DNA of 64,000 nucleotides from Adineta vaga (taxonomy: Eukaryota; Animalia; Rotifera): positions 682,001-746,000 of the forward strand of contig CP075496.1 of NCBI GenBank assembly GCA_021613535.1. The letters are read 5' to 3'. How positions within the stretch are numbered: position 1 is the first letter of the stretch; every line of letters begins with the position of its first letter. Both the position numbers and the translations under genes were made by a program. Below the pieces are notes generated by a model. The model was not told the DNA's origin and did no database searches. It saw only the letters and a program-made list of their open reading frames with translations. Shown piece after piece: positions 42,406-54,369 of the stretch.

Positions 42406-44148
42406 ATGAAAGCTAGTGCAACGACTGACAGCGGACCAAAAAATAAAAAACAAAAGACCGAAATTGATGGAAACTCTTGTTTTTATCCTCCAGTAGTTGG
42501 TCTTGATTGTCGTCTATTCGAATTATCGAATACACCACTATCAGAAGCTCATCAACAGGAAGCTCTTAGCAAACTTGAAAAATATTTAAAAGAACAACAG
42601 AAAAATTTTCTTGGTTATCAGGTGAATGAAAATGTTGAATATTCAAAGAAACTTTCATTTATGCTTGATATTCATACGAATAATGTGGGTGATCCGTTTG
42701 TAAATGGAAATCTTACAATTAATACTAAAATCATGGAAAGAATGGTCCTAGATTATTTTGCAAAATTATGGCATGCACAGGTACCTAGTAATCCGGACAA
42801 TAGAGAATCCTATTGGGGTTATGTACTTAGTATGGGAAGTACAGAAGGTAATTTATATGCTTTGTACAATGCTCGAGATTATCTTAAAGGAAAAGCTTTA
42901 TACAAAGAACCAAATGGAGACCTAACGTGTGTTAGGCCAATGAAAGCAAGTTTTCATTCTAAAAATGCGTATCATCCAATAGCATTCTATTCACAAGATA
43001 CGCATTATTCAATAACAAAGATAGTTCGTGCACTTGAAATTCGAACATTTTATGAAATAGGTGAAAATGAATATAAAGGTCAATGTCCGATTACAGAAGA
43101 TGGCCAATGGCCAAAGGAAGTTCCATCAGAAAATGGAAATGGAGGACCTGGCTCAATTGATGTAAATAAACTTCTTCAATTAGTTGAGTTTTTCGCTCGA
43201 ACAGGTTCACCGCCATTAATTATACTTAATATTGGTACAACATTTAAAGGTGCGTATGATGATGTTGAACAAGTTGGAAATCGTTTAAAATCAATTTTAC
43301 AAAAGTATAATCTTTATGAACGTACAGTTGAATATGCTCCTGATAAGTGTGATACACGTTCAGGCTACTGGATTCATGTTGATGGTGCATTAGGTGCTTC
43401 ATATTTACCGTTTCTTGAAAAAGCAGGTCATCATATAAGAGAACAAGTACCAAAGTTTGATTTCTCTTTACCATTTGTTCATTCAATTGTTACCAGTGCA
43501 CATAAATATCCAGGTTGTCCAATGCCTAGTGGTATTTATATGACAAAACGTAAATATCAAATTGCACCACCTGATGATCCCGAATATATCGGTTCACCCG
43601 ATACGACATTTGCTGGTTCACGCAATGCTATTTCACCAGCAGTGTTATGGTGTTATTATGCGAATACTAGTGATGAATTAGAAATAGATAAGGCTCTCAA
43701 AGTAGAAGCTATGGCCAAATATACAGAATCGAAATTAAAAGAATTAGAGAAGAAATATCAACGTAAAGGACATCAAATATGGATAGAACGTACACCACTT
43801 TCACTTTCTATCCGATTTCGTGATCCATCTGATCCAAATGCTAAAGATCCTAATATTAAAGATCCAATCGTATTAAAATATAGTTTATCTCAAATGCAAT
43901 TATTTGTTAATGATGAAAATGAACCAAGACATTATGTTCATATCTTCATTATGCAAAATGTGACAAAAACCGTAATTGATGATCTGATTAAAGATTTAAT
44001 AGTTGCCTATGACAAAATGTTTTCGTTAAAACAAGAGAAGATAATTACACCAAATATATCTATTTCACACACAAATGAAAAAGTACATGTTCAACGTCTT
44101 GCACATGTACCACTCCATGGTCGAGGTTTTTCTGGAAACTTCACTTAA
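42406..44148 (+). CDS. PLP-dependent group II amino-acid decarboxylase, bacterial histidine/valine decarboxylase (HDC/VlmD)-like; intronless CDS
   Basis: NNVGDPF, YWGYVLSMGSTEGNLY, SQDTHYSITK, NIGTTFKGAYDD, WIHVDGALG, PLP lysine in SAHKYPGCPMPSG, DTTFAGSRN. Confidence 0.9.
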   Translation: MKASATTDSGPKNKKQKTEIDGNSCFYPPVVGLDCRLFELSNTPLSEAHQQEALSKLEKYLKEQQKNFLGYQVNENVEYSKKLSFMLDIHTNNVGDPFVNGNLTINTKIMERMVLDYFAKLWHAQVPSNPDNRESYWGYVLSMGSTEGNLYALYNARDYLKGKALYKEPNGDLTCVRPMKASFHSKNAYHPIAFYSQDTHYSITKIVRALEIRTFYEIGENEYKGQCPITEDGQWPKEVPSENGNGGPGSIDVNKLLQLVEFFARTGSPPLIILNIGTTFKGAYDDVEQVGNRLKSILQKYNLYERTVEYAPDKCDTRSGYWIHVDGALGASYLPFLEKAGHHIREQVPKFDFSLPFVHSIVTSAHKYPGCPMPSGIYMTKRKYQIAPPDDPEYIGSPDTTFAGSRNAISPAVLWCYYANTSDELEIDKALKVEAMAKYTESKLKELEKKYQRKGHQIWIERTPLSLSIRFRDPSDPNAKDPNIKDPIVLKYSLSQMQLFVNDENEPRHYVHIFIMQNVTKTVIDDLIKDLIVAYDKMFSLKQEKIITPNISISHTNEKVHVQRLAHVPLHGRGFSGNFT

Positions 44149-45583
44149 TTATTATTTGTCGAAACATGAAATATTCAATACATACATATTATGTTATCAG
44201 ACAAATCCTTTAGTTTTTTGTGTCTAAACTTTCATTATCACTAATATTCGTTCATTCATTCAAATTATGCGTATAGTAGTAGTAGTAGTAGATTAAATAG
44301 CTGTCCTTTATTTTTACTTGGTATAATAAGTTTTAATCATGATTAGTAATTTGCGTATTCTATAGCAATGTGATTTAGTTATAGAGAATAAAATCACATA
44401 AAAATTTAAAAAATGAGTAGTAAAAGCTAGTGTAATCTTATTGGTTCAATATTTAGTTATAGAAATCATATGACGTGAAGATTATTGACGATGAACTATC
44501 TATGTTTCTTACATATCATCGAGGTCAATACGCTTGGAATGAAGAATAGTATTTATCTTATATTCAGTCGGCTGAAACATGCCAAATACTCTTGCATTCT
44601 TACAGGAAAACATTTTCTGTGAAGTATAATCGCATATAGATAATATTCCTATGCTATCGAAACACTCTAACTCAATTTTCGTGATTTATTTTCGAAGTGA
44701 TATCAAATAGCTGAATATGCATTTATATTGGAATTCAAATTAGGCAGCTCATGTGAATTAGTATCTGTCGAGAAGAAAATTTTCTTTAATTACAGCAGTT
44801 TTTCTATCATTGAAAAATTGTTGACAATCAACGAAACTATAGATATGAGTTGTTTGAAGTATATAATCAGTTTCATTTGAGAATTGATATCAAAATAACC
44901 AAAACCTTTAGTTGATAATACCGATAGAATAATTTTTTCTCAAAAAAAAATGAAATTGATGATATACGAATTGGAATTATCTAAGCTCAACTTTTAAAAG
45001 AGTTTATCGCAAAGCTTAATTTGACTTCTAAGAAAATTAAACAAATTAAAATCTAAAGTAATATAATCTGTTATATATTCTTTACGATATGAAGAATGAT
45101 ACTTGATTTTGTTCGAATATAAAAAAAAATGAAATCTAAGATAGAATAAACATGAAGAGAATGTCTGAGATGATTATTTGGTTTCATGTCAATAATATTT
45201 ATCTAATTGAACGGTTAGAATGATTCTCATTGTTTTGATTTTCTATTGAAATCGGAGAATGAAATCTTTCAATGACATTGTTTTGAATCAATTCAATTGT
45301 TAGTCATTGTCTTGTCCGATCACAATCGCGATGTCAAAATACATTTCGTTAGTAATCGGCTTAAATTCATTGTTTTTCGTTTAGAAGTTTGTTTAGTCGT
45401 TTTCATCCTAATTAGTGATTATAAAACAAAGAAAAAAAGGTCACATATAGACACAATATACTGTTTATATGATCAAATAGTGTTGTCGAGACAAGCTCAT
45501 CTTCTTTCTTCTCCTTCGAATCAACAATCGAGTAAATGACCATTCATTCTTAGTCATATCAATCCATTGCTAATACAAAAACA

Positions 45584-47502
45584 ATGCGGTAAGACTATAT
45601 AACTTTTTCGTCTGATTTAGATTTGAAAAAAAAGAACGAATCTCTTTAGGTTGAAAAATCTTTCATTTTATCAAATATATTTATTAATATTTGTTCTTTG
45701 CATTCGACGAACAATTGGATCTTTACATTTATCAAGTTTGTTATTCATTTCAAAATTGATATGATCGACATTTTTTTTTCGATTCTTTAATTTCAGATAT
45801 TCATCTTCAAAATTGGACAAATCCATGTGAACCAAATCCATGTAGAGCTGGAATATGTGAATTAGTTTCGAAATTAACCTTTAGTTGTCATTGTATTCCT
45901 GTAAGTTCATATAATTCTTATGTTTTTATATCATATTCATTCTAGTATGTTCATGGTTCATTATGTGAAAGATTAAATTATACACAAAAACCATGTGAAA
46001 GTAATCCATGTTATAATCAAGGTTTATGTTCACCCATAATAACAAAAAATGCCTCTTCGCTTGTTTCTTTTAATAATTATAATAATAATAATCAAGATTT
46101 TATGTGTTTATGTTCACCACGACATGCAGGAAAATTATGTCAAGAAAATATTGGAGAATGTTCATGTTTAAATGGAGGCACTTGTTCTGATTGTAAGATT
46201 TAGTCTTTTCTCTTTTGTTTCTTTTTTCAATTGATTAATTTTATATTTTACTTAGTATCGAACGATGGATATAAATGTTCTTGTCCAATGTTATTTACTG
46301 GACCATTTTGTGAACATGATTTACGAAATACAACATTTTGTACACATTCACCATGTCAACATAATGGAACGTGTATTTTAGTACAAGCACCAGCTGGTAT
46401 TTGTCTTTGTGAACCGGGATATGTTGGAGAATTTTGTGAAAAACGTGTTCCTTTTTGTCAAGAAAATCCATGTCGAAATAATGGTTCGTTTTTTTTTGTT
46501 TTTGAAAGAAAGAAAGAAAATCATTCATGAATTTCCTTTCTTTTAGGAACATGTGTACCTCTTTCCGGTGTCGATGGTCAATGTCTTTGTCAACCAGGTT
46601 ATACAGGTCGTCTTTGTGAACATCGTCAACGAACATTTTGTACAATTTCTCCTTGTCGAAATGGTTCAACTTGTATTGTATTAAATCATACAGGTGATGG
46701 ATTTTGTTTATGTCCACCTGATTATGCAGGTCCTTTTTGTGAATATATAACACCAACAGCATGTAAAAAGAAATGTCATAATAATGGTGGAAAATGTGCA
46801 TTAATTGATAATAAATATGGAAGATGTTTATGTCCCAAAGATATAACCGGACCTTATTGTGATACACCACTTCATCCATGTGCACCGAATCCATGTGGTT
46901 TGTTGAAAATAAAAATTCGATTTCTTATATAAAAGAATATTTTTCTCGTTTTCAAAGAAAATAATGGTATATGTGTTCATGAAACAACAAGTCAAACATA
47001 TAAATGTTTATGTACATTTGGTTATTCAGGTTCAAATTGTTCAGAAAATTTAAATCAATCATTTTGTTCATCTCATCCTTGTATGAATAATGGAACATGT
47101 CTGGAATCTCCAACAAGTGCAGATGGAATTTGTCGATGTGAACAAGGTTTTGGTGGAAGATTTTGTGATGAAATTGTTAAATGTGGTGAACAACAATGTC
47201 AATATCCTGAACAAGTTTGTTTAGCTGATAGTTGTGTTAATGTAACAGGAGAACTTTATTGTCTTTTACATGAATGTCAACATGGTGGAACATGTGATCC
47301 ACTTACACGACAATGTCAATGTCAAATAGGTTTTGGTGGATTAAAATGTGAATTGAAAAGTTTATTTTGTGATGAAACAAAGAATATTTGTCAAAATAAT
47401 GGAACATGTCTTGCAACACAAAGTCGTTGTGCTTGTACAAATTCTTTTACGGGTAAATATTGTGAAATTAATTTTCATTCAAATAAAACTTCTTATGAAT
47501 AA
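45584..47502 (+). CDS. Secreted multi-EGF-repeat protein (Notch/fibropellin-like repeats, no TM segment seen), multi-exon
   Basis: Spliced N-terminus MRLKNLSFYQIYLLIFVLCI (signal-like), then ~12 EGF repeats of the type CxxxPCxNxGTC..C.C.PG(Y/F).G..CE; stop at 47502. Confidence 0.85.
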
Positions 47503-47652
47503 ACTTTTCAAATAATCTTATGGAAATGTTTTTTATATGTTTCACAAAGAAAATTCTCTTCATGTTTTCTTTCATTATATAAATCATATTAATAAATGTT
47601 ATATTCACTTATTTCAATAATCTTTCTTACAAATACAAATATTCTTTATTAT

Positions 47653-49947
47653 TTAGAAATGATCATTACATGAACATTTTCCATTTGTATAGAAATGATG
47701 GATTCGGTTTGCATCACGGACTATAATTTCACATTTACGAATAGCGGCAATGAGTTTTGTTGATTGATCTAGAAGAAAAAAGTTTTTAAAAAAATGAAGG
47801 AAAAGCTCCAATGATAACATACGACAGTCTCCACAAACACGAAGATTTTTTGTTATTTGAATTCGTGTTGTTTTGGGATTTTGTACGAAATTCCATGCTA
47901 TTGCAAGTCTTTCACTGTGACCACAAAGAACTGATGAAACAGTTTCATTTTTATCTAAGGATCTCGTAATCCAACTTGCATCATATTGATGACCATGTTC
48001 AATAAGTTCTTTCGATATTTTTTCAGTTTCAGTATAGATTTCTGATGATCGTGGATGTGATCGATCATGTGCTCGAAATTTCTATGAAATAAAAATCATA
48101 AATTAATTTAAAAGATAAACCGATCACATACATAAATCTGACCGTTGGTTTCCGTCCAAGATAAACCAACTGTTTTCTTTAGACCAATTTGATTTAGACT
48201 ATTTTTAATATTTGACGATTTTTCTATTTCACCAACAGACGTATAAACATTACAAAGTAGAATTGATGCCGATGTTAATCGATTCTTAAGATCAGGAAAA
48301 TGTTGTTGAATACGATGGAAGATTTTCTTAGCTATTTCAATATCTTTGTTATTTCGAGCACCGGATAACAATGCCACTATATAAATAGAAAAGGGAGAAT
48401 CAATGGTAAAAATTGATCAGATATTGAAAAGAAAAACTTACTGAGCATAACTACTGATGGTGGATGATGAGATTCATAAGTATTAATTAGTTTCTCTGCT
48501 TCTTGAAAACGAAATGAACGACTAAGACAATCAACCATAGTTGTATAGATTTTCTCTGTTTTGTTTTTAATCGTCGAAAATATTTCATAAGCTTCGTCGA
48601 CAAGTCCCGCATGTGAACATCCATTTAAAACACTAACATATGTTCCATCAAATAGCAATTTCGATGGTACTTGATGAAAAAGTTTTATTGCTTGATGACC
48701 CATTCCATTTAAACCATATGAATTAACTAATTCACGAAGAAAATATAATTGATTTTAAAACAAAAACTTGATAAACTAACTCATTGATGTATATCCAAAT
48801 ATATCTGGTTGAATTAAGGATTGAAAGATCTTTTCAGCTTTATCTACACATCCTGATTTTCCCTAGATTAGATTAATCACAAGGAAAAGACAAAAGTTTG
48901 ATTGAAAATCATAATAGTCTTACCCACATATCGATCAATGCATTTTGAATAAAATGATCATTACGATATAAAGAAGGAATATCATCATATATTGATTGTG
49001 ATATTGAAAGTATTCCAAGTTTACTACATGCATTAATTGCAATAAGATAAATGATTGAATTGATTTCAGTTCCATTCATTTTCATTTGATTATATAAATC
49101 TAAAGTTTTCTCTGGTTGTTTAGTTTTATTATAAGCACTCATTCAATTTCCACAACTATTTGTATATATCTTTAATTTAGGAAAGATTTGTTCAGCATTG
49201 GATAAATCATCACATTTAATAAATGCATCAAAAGCATTAATCATTATATTTAAACTATTTTCGTGACATTTTGGAAGATTTGAGAAAACTTTTTTAACTA
49301 TTATCAATGCTTCCTGTGTTCGAAGTTGAGCACAAGCATTGAATAATAAAACGAAATTTGCTTCATCGGGATTGGAAATTTCGTTGAAAATATCAATTGC
49401 TTTATTTAACATTTGATTTTTGATAAACCCTATTCTCATATGAAAATAAGTTTTATTGAAACTAGAAAATAAAACTCTTACCTTTCATCATTGCTCCATA
49501 AATACCAGTTGTTTTCATTTTAGTTTTATCAAATATTTCTTGAGCACGAGTTATATCTCCAGATTGCACTAAAATTTAAGAATATATTGAAATTACATCA
49601 ATTAATATCGATTCTAACTTACTATAGAAATGAATAAGAGATGCTAATATCCATTTGTTATTTTTCATACGAGATAAATATCATTGATGATTATCTGAAC
49701 CACCTCGAAAATCTTTGATATTAGTAAAAGATTTTAATACTTGATTGATAGCTGCATCGGAAATATTCTTTTCATCATTTTTTTGTTCATATGTATAGAA
49801 TAAATCAATTGCTTGTTTAAATTGCTTTTTATCATTTAATGTTTTCATTTTATTACTCAAAGTGTGGTTTGATCGAATGATAAAAAACTTCGATTGAATA
49901 TCAACATTGATTAATCTCAAATGTTTGCTTGAAATTATATTAAACAT
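47653..49947 (-). pseudogene. PLS-type pentatricopeptide repeat protein with E/E+ and DYW deaminase domains; two in-frame TGA codons
   Basis: PPR motifs (YGAMMKG, LFNACAQL, NALIDMWGKSG, LNGCSHAGLVDEA); PG-box KKTVGLSWTE; CGHSERLA, KNLRVCGDCH, RDANRIHHF..GKCSCNDHF*. TGA at 49681-49683 and 49143-49145. Confidence 0.88.
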
Positions 49948-51360
49948 CGATAATCAAGAAAGAGTTATCGTAGAAGATGTTGTGAGAATGAGATGAGAAG
50001 AAGGGTAAGGGTTGTCTTGTCAGATCAGATCATAAGTGAACCAATGTCGAATTCCATCATCCTCCATATTTTCTTTCTATTCGCTATATATAGGTAAAAT
50101 TTTCAATAGATGTCCTTCTACAGTGTTTTTTTACATCCTTTATTAAATTCATCATCGTATTCTCTCACCCATTTGAATCGAGTATAGTATTTTAAAGGTG
50201 TTTGGAGATGAATTCATCTACTTCTAATATAGTTTTAGTTACTCACAACACTTTTAAGAAACTAAATCCAAATTGACAAAGTCCTGTTCTATTTATGGTT
50301 TTATACTTATTAAGCAAAAAGAAAAATCGTAGTTATTTGTTTTCACTGCATAATTCATCATCATTCATTAGGATAGAATGATGACTCAAAATGTATTTTT
50401 TCCTCGTTGATATTGCTCTCAAAACTTCAATTAGTATTCATATTTCGACAGCCATGAAATTGCATTCAACATATCTCGTCTTACTTTTAATTTCATATTT
50501 TTTCTTGGAGAATATTCTTCAAAAACGCAAATGGCAACATATTTTGTACCTCTCTATGTGCTTGCTTTGTGATGGTGAGAAGCATTCGATCTCTACTTGC
50601 TCTATGAAAAAAATCATTCATACTTTTTACTTAGAATAGTGTCTACAGCTAAGTTTTAATAGTTACGTTATTTGACATGATAATAATGTGTTCAATACTT
50701 GATTTTGACTTCATCTTTAAGTATGATATGAAGGTAGCAGAAAACTATATGCATACACTTCTTCATTGTATATGTATCTGACAGAATAATTTCATGTACA
50801 TCTGAAATTAATTATAGGATTTCAGCAATTCAGTGATGATAAAATATTAACAAAATCATTTAGCTTAGTTTTAAGGAAATTTCAACAACTTAATATGATG
50901 TCTGATCATCTTTGCAAAGTGCTTCGCGCTTTTTCTTAGATATTTACGATGGAAAAATCTTGTAACTTCAGATAGATTTTCGGTCTATGCACATTAAGAC
51001 AAACTTTTAATATTTTTAAAACATCTGATATTATATGAAGAAGAATATTATCTCTACTAACGACATGAGAGTCTTATACGATCTTATTGTTTATCTAAAT
51101 CCAATCGTTCGCATATTTTTTAATTAAAGTAGTTGATTGTTTTTTGTTTAAAAATAAAGAGAACAAAGAGAAGAACTTGTTTACCTTGAGAAAAGCACTC
51201 ACTTTATCCCCTATCAGAGTTTGTTGCTGCTGAATAAATATTTTCGTTAAAACACGATGTTTTTTTCTCTGCCTCTATTTTTCTTTTGCTCTTTGACATC
51301 AACTAAAGCATTACACAATACTTTTTTTCTGCTTCTTTCATCGTGCCCCTCGTAACTGTG

Positions 51361-52857
51361 ATGTTTTTAACCACTATTCTGGTGCTTTTTATAATATTTC
51401 TTACTACTGCATATTGGTATTTAAATTCTCAGTATAAAACTCGCAACAATAAGCTACGCGGTCTCAAACCAGAATGGTTTTTTGGCAACTTACGTAATAC
51501 GGGTATACTGTCTGGTCGTGTGACATTCCATGAAGCTTTCGTGGAACTCAAAGAGAAGTATGGTGATGTCTTTTCGTTTTGGCTCGGATCCTATCATGGA
51601 ATAGTTCTTTCGCGTCTTGATCATGTTCAGCAAGTGTTAGCAGATCGACAGACCTATGATGTAGCGGAGACTACGACTCGCAATTTTGGTGTTCTGTTTC
51701 CAACTGGATTGATCGCTTTACGAGGTAGCGATTGGAAACGTCACGCACGGTTCATGCTACCGATGTTCAAACGTGCCAAAGTTTTACCTTATTTTGATAC
51801 GATTATTACTTGTACAGATCGTTTCATCGATGAACGATTGGCTCCACAAAATGGACAGATCCGTACCGATCTTGTCGAACAAAGTCAACGATTTCTGCTC
51901 AATATTATCGCCTTCATAGCTTTCGATTATGATCTCGAAGCGTCAGCATCACCCGGTGTTTTTGATCTTCGAGATGCTTTTAATGATTTTGTTCATGTTG
52001 CAAATCAGTTCATTCTTATGAATGGAATTCCAATGTGGATCGGTAAACTAATATTGAAGATGAGTCGAAAATACCAACGAGCATTACGTACTATGAAACA
52101 TTATGTGATGAGTATGATTATTAAGGAACAATCACGACAACAACAAGCAATTTCATCGGACAAACCAAAAAATCTTATCGCTTCACTCGTGGCAGCAGGC
52201 AAAACCGAATCATCTACACAAGAGGCATCGTTAAGTTCGAATGAAATATTCGATGAGGTATTGCTCTCGACCCTAGCAGGCTTTGAAACTACATCCACAG
52301 CACTCTCCTGGTTCATTTTCTACATGACAAAGTATCCCGAGATTCAACAAAAGATCAAAGATGAACTCAAAGAACATCATTTGACGCATGACATCGCACC
52401 GACACAAGACATGCTCGATTCTCTGATCTACGTCGATTGTGTAGTCAAAGAAGTTCTTCGTTATGCACCGATTACTGGTGCTATCGGACGTCAGGCTACA
52501 CGTGATAGCATCATAGATGATATTGAAATTAAGAAGGGAGATATTGTCATGCTTGCTGCTCAAAATCTACATCGAGATCCTCGCTATTGGAACGTTGATC
52601 CATCACAGTTCATTCCAGAACGTTTTCTACACGAGGACAAATATCCACCTTCATGCGTTCTTCTGACTTTTGGTGGAGGACATCGTGCATGCGCTGGTCA
52701 AGATTTAGCCTTGCTCGAATTTAAAGCAATCGTCATACGATTGATGCAACGTGTCACATTTTTAGATCCCGGTAAAGATGCAGATAATTCCGGTGGAATG
52801 GTTCAACGTATTACCTGCTTTCCAAAACATTTAGCTGTACGTGTTGCTCTTGATTAA
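51361..52857 (+). CDS. Cytochrome P450, intronless, with N-terminal membrane anchor
   Basis: WKRHAR, AGFETTST (I-helix), EVLR, PERF, FGGGHRACAG (haem Cys); first ATG at 51361. Confidence 0.95.
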   Translation: MFLTTILVLFIIFLTTAYWYLNSQYKTRNNKLRGLKPEWFFGNLRNTGILSGRVTFHEAFVELKEKYGDVFSFWLGSYHGIVLSRLDHVQQVLADRQTYDVAETTTRNFGVLFPTGLIALRGSDWKRHARFMLPMFKRAKVLPYFDTIITCTDRFIDERLAPQNGQIRTDLVEQSQRFLLNIIAFIAFDYDLEASASPGVFDLRDAFNDFVHVANQFILMNGIPMWIGKLILKMSRKYQRALRTMKHYVMSMIIKEQSRQQQAISSDKPKNLIASLVAAGKTESSTQEASLSSNEIFDEVLLSTLAGFETTSTALSWFIFYMTKYPEIQQKIKDELKEHHLTHDIAPTQDMLDSLIYVDCVVKEVLRYAPITGAIGRQATRDSIIDDIEIKKGDIVMLAAQNLHRDPRYWNVDPSQFIPERFLHEDKYPPSCVLLTFGGGHRACAGQDLALLEFKAIVIRLMQRVTFLDPGKDADNSGGMVQRITCFPKHLAVRVALD

Positions 52858-53235
52858 AATCATGAAAAACGTAAAAAAAGGTGTAGATGAAAGTAAATTT
52901 CATCTAATCTATTCTTTCTTAGATTCACTGGTCGATATTCAATTCCCTTTCAGCCACCGAAATGATCAGAAAGACTAAGAAAAAACATTGATTTTTAAAT
53001 ATATAATATTCTTTTTTGATATCTCAATAAAACGATCTAAAGTCATGCGATTTGTTTATCTATTTTTGATTAAGATAGATCTTTTTCTTTCAGATATGTG
53101 ATGAAAGTTCGGATATAATTATAATAGATGTCAAAACAAAACTATGTCAAAGATAAGATACCCTTTCTAGTTCTTTTTCTACGATCTATATATAAATCAA
53201 CGTGTTGAGACATAAACTTCTAAGATTCTAGAAGT

Positions 53236-53844
53236 ATGAAAATGTTCTTACGAGTATCTACATTGTTTATTTTTTTAATTGTCATAATATTTGCAAAGAA
53301 CGATTTATTCAAACCATCAATTCGTCGTTATTTCATCCAAAAAGATTATTTCACTGGATTCAAATTAGGTGAATTTTCGATTTTTGATTCATCAAAAAAA
53401 GATTTACTCTTTCGTATTGAATCATTGTATACGTTTGGAGGGAAAATTCAAATCATCAACAATTCTTCAAAACAAGTTGTTGCTGAATTAAGAAATAAAC
53501 TTAGTTTTACAGTACATAAAGCGAATTTTACAATTCTTGATCCAGTTTCAAAGCAATGGATTAATGGAAAGTTTGAACGACAATTTCATTTCTTCAATAG
53601 AAAATATCTTCTTCAATGGAATCAACAAAATATTCGTATTGAAAATAAATTTTCTTCATATACAACGACATTTAAACATGACAAACGAAATCAAACTTTA
53701 GCTAAAGCAGAAAGATACACATATTCATTAATTAAACCAACAAGATATGATTTAGAAATCTATTCAGATGATATACCCGATATTATTTATATTCTCGGGG
53801 TTTTCGTTATAGATCTCAGTAGAAAAAATACTGGAAAAGGTTAA
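53236..53844 (+). CDS. Signal-peptide protein with a LURP-one/Tubby-C (scramblase-like) fold
   Basis: Hydrophobic N-terminus; RYFIQKDYF..EFSIFD....LFRIES; C-terminal YDLEIYSDDIPDIIYILGVFVID. Confidence 0.6.
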   Translation: MKMFLRVSTLFIFLIVIIFAKNDLFKPSIRRYFIQKDYFTGFKLGEFSIFDSSKKDLLFRIESLYTFGGKIQIINNSSKQVVAELRNKLSFTVHKANFTILDPVSKQWINGKFERQFHFFNRKYLLQWNQQNIRIENKFSSYTTTFKHDKRNQTLAKAERYTYSLIKPTRYDLEIYSDDIPDIIYILGVFVIDLSRKNTGKG

Positions 53845-53953
53845 TTCCGAACATTATATTCTTATTTTGTCAATCTTGTGAAATTTTCATTATTACAAAA
53901 TAAAAAAAGAATAAAACAATCAATAGATTATTTTAGTTTTCAATTATAAATCT

Positions 53954-54339
53954 TTACTTATTGACAACGCGATCTTTAATATCAGAACCTGATGAAAGTG
54001 ATCGAAGATATTTACGAATTGTCTCAATGAGAGTATCTAATTCATTCGGTAATAATTGATCCATTGGATCAGTTGATTCTTTTGATTTTTTGAATAATAT
54101 CTGTTGGACCTTTAGAAAATGAATTATTTAAAGTATACTGACTGTTGAGGATGCTGTTAGAAAATCTGAACAAGTTGGAGTAGATGCTACTGTGAATTGT
54201 GCACCGAAAGTAGCATCAAAAGATAATTTAGGATTACCTGATGAAATATATCTTTAATCAATAACTATATAATAACAAAGGTAAATATTTGTCCTTGATT
54301 ACGTTTATTTTTTTCCTACTACCTTATGTATCTTTTCAT
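53954..54339 (-). CDS. Possible small 3-exon gene or gene remnant (~93 aa), unknown function
   Basis: MKRYIR|YISSGNPKLSFDATFGAQF...SST|VQQILFKK...DRVVNK* joins in frame via GT-AG introns, but the second intron is only ~33 nt. Confidence 0.3.
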
Positions 54340-54369
54340 TAATCTATTTTGTACACGTGAAGTATCAAA

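Noticed and set aside
46295-46894. 199-aa minus-strand ORF and similar shadow ORFs (572-784, 2840-3079, 43244-43486, 58897-59506)
   Set aside because: These are antisense or alternative frames of real AT-rich exons, with no recognisable motifs.
42406-52857. Biosynthetic gene cluster (decarboxylase plus P450)
   Set aside because: The two genes are 7 kb apart, separated by unrelated EGF and PPR genes; there is no evidence beyond proximity.
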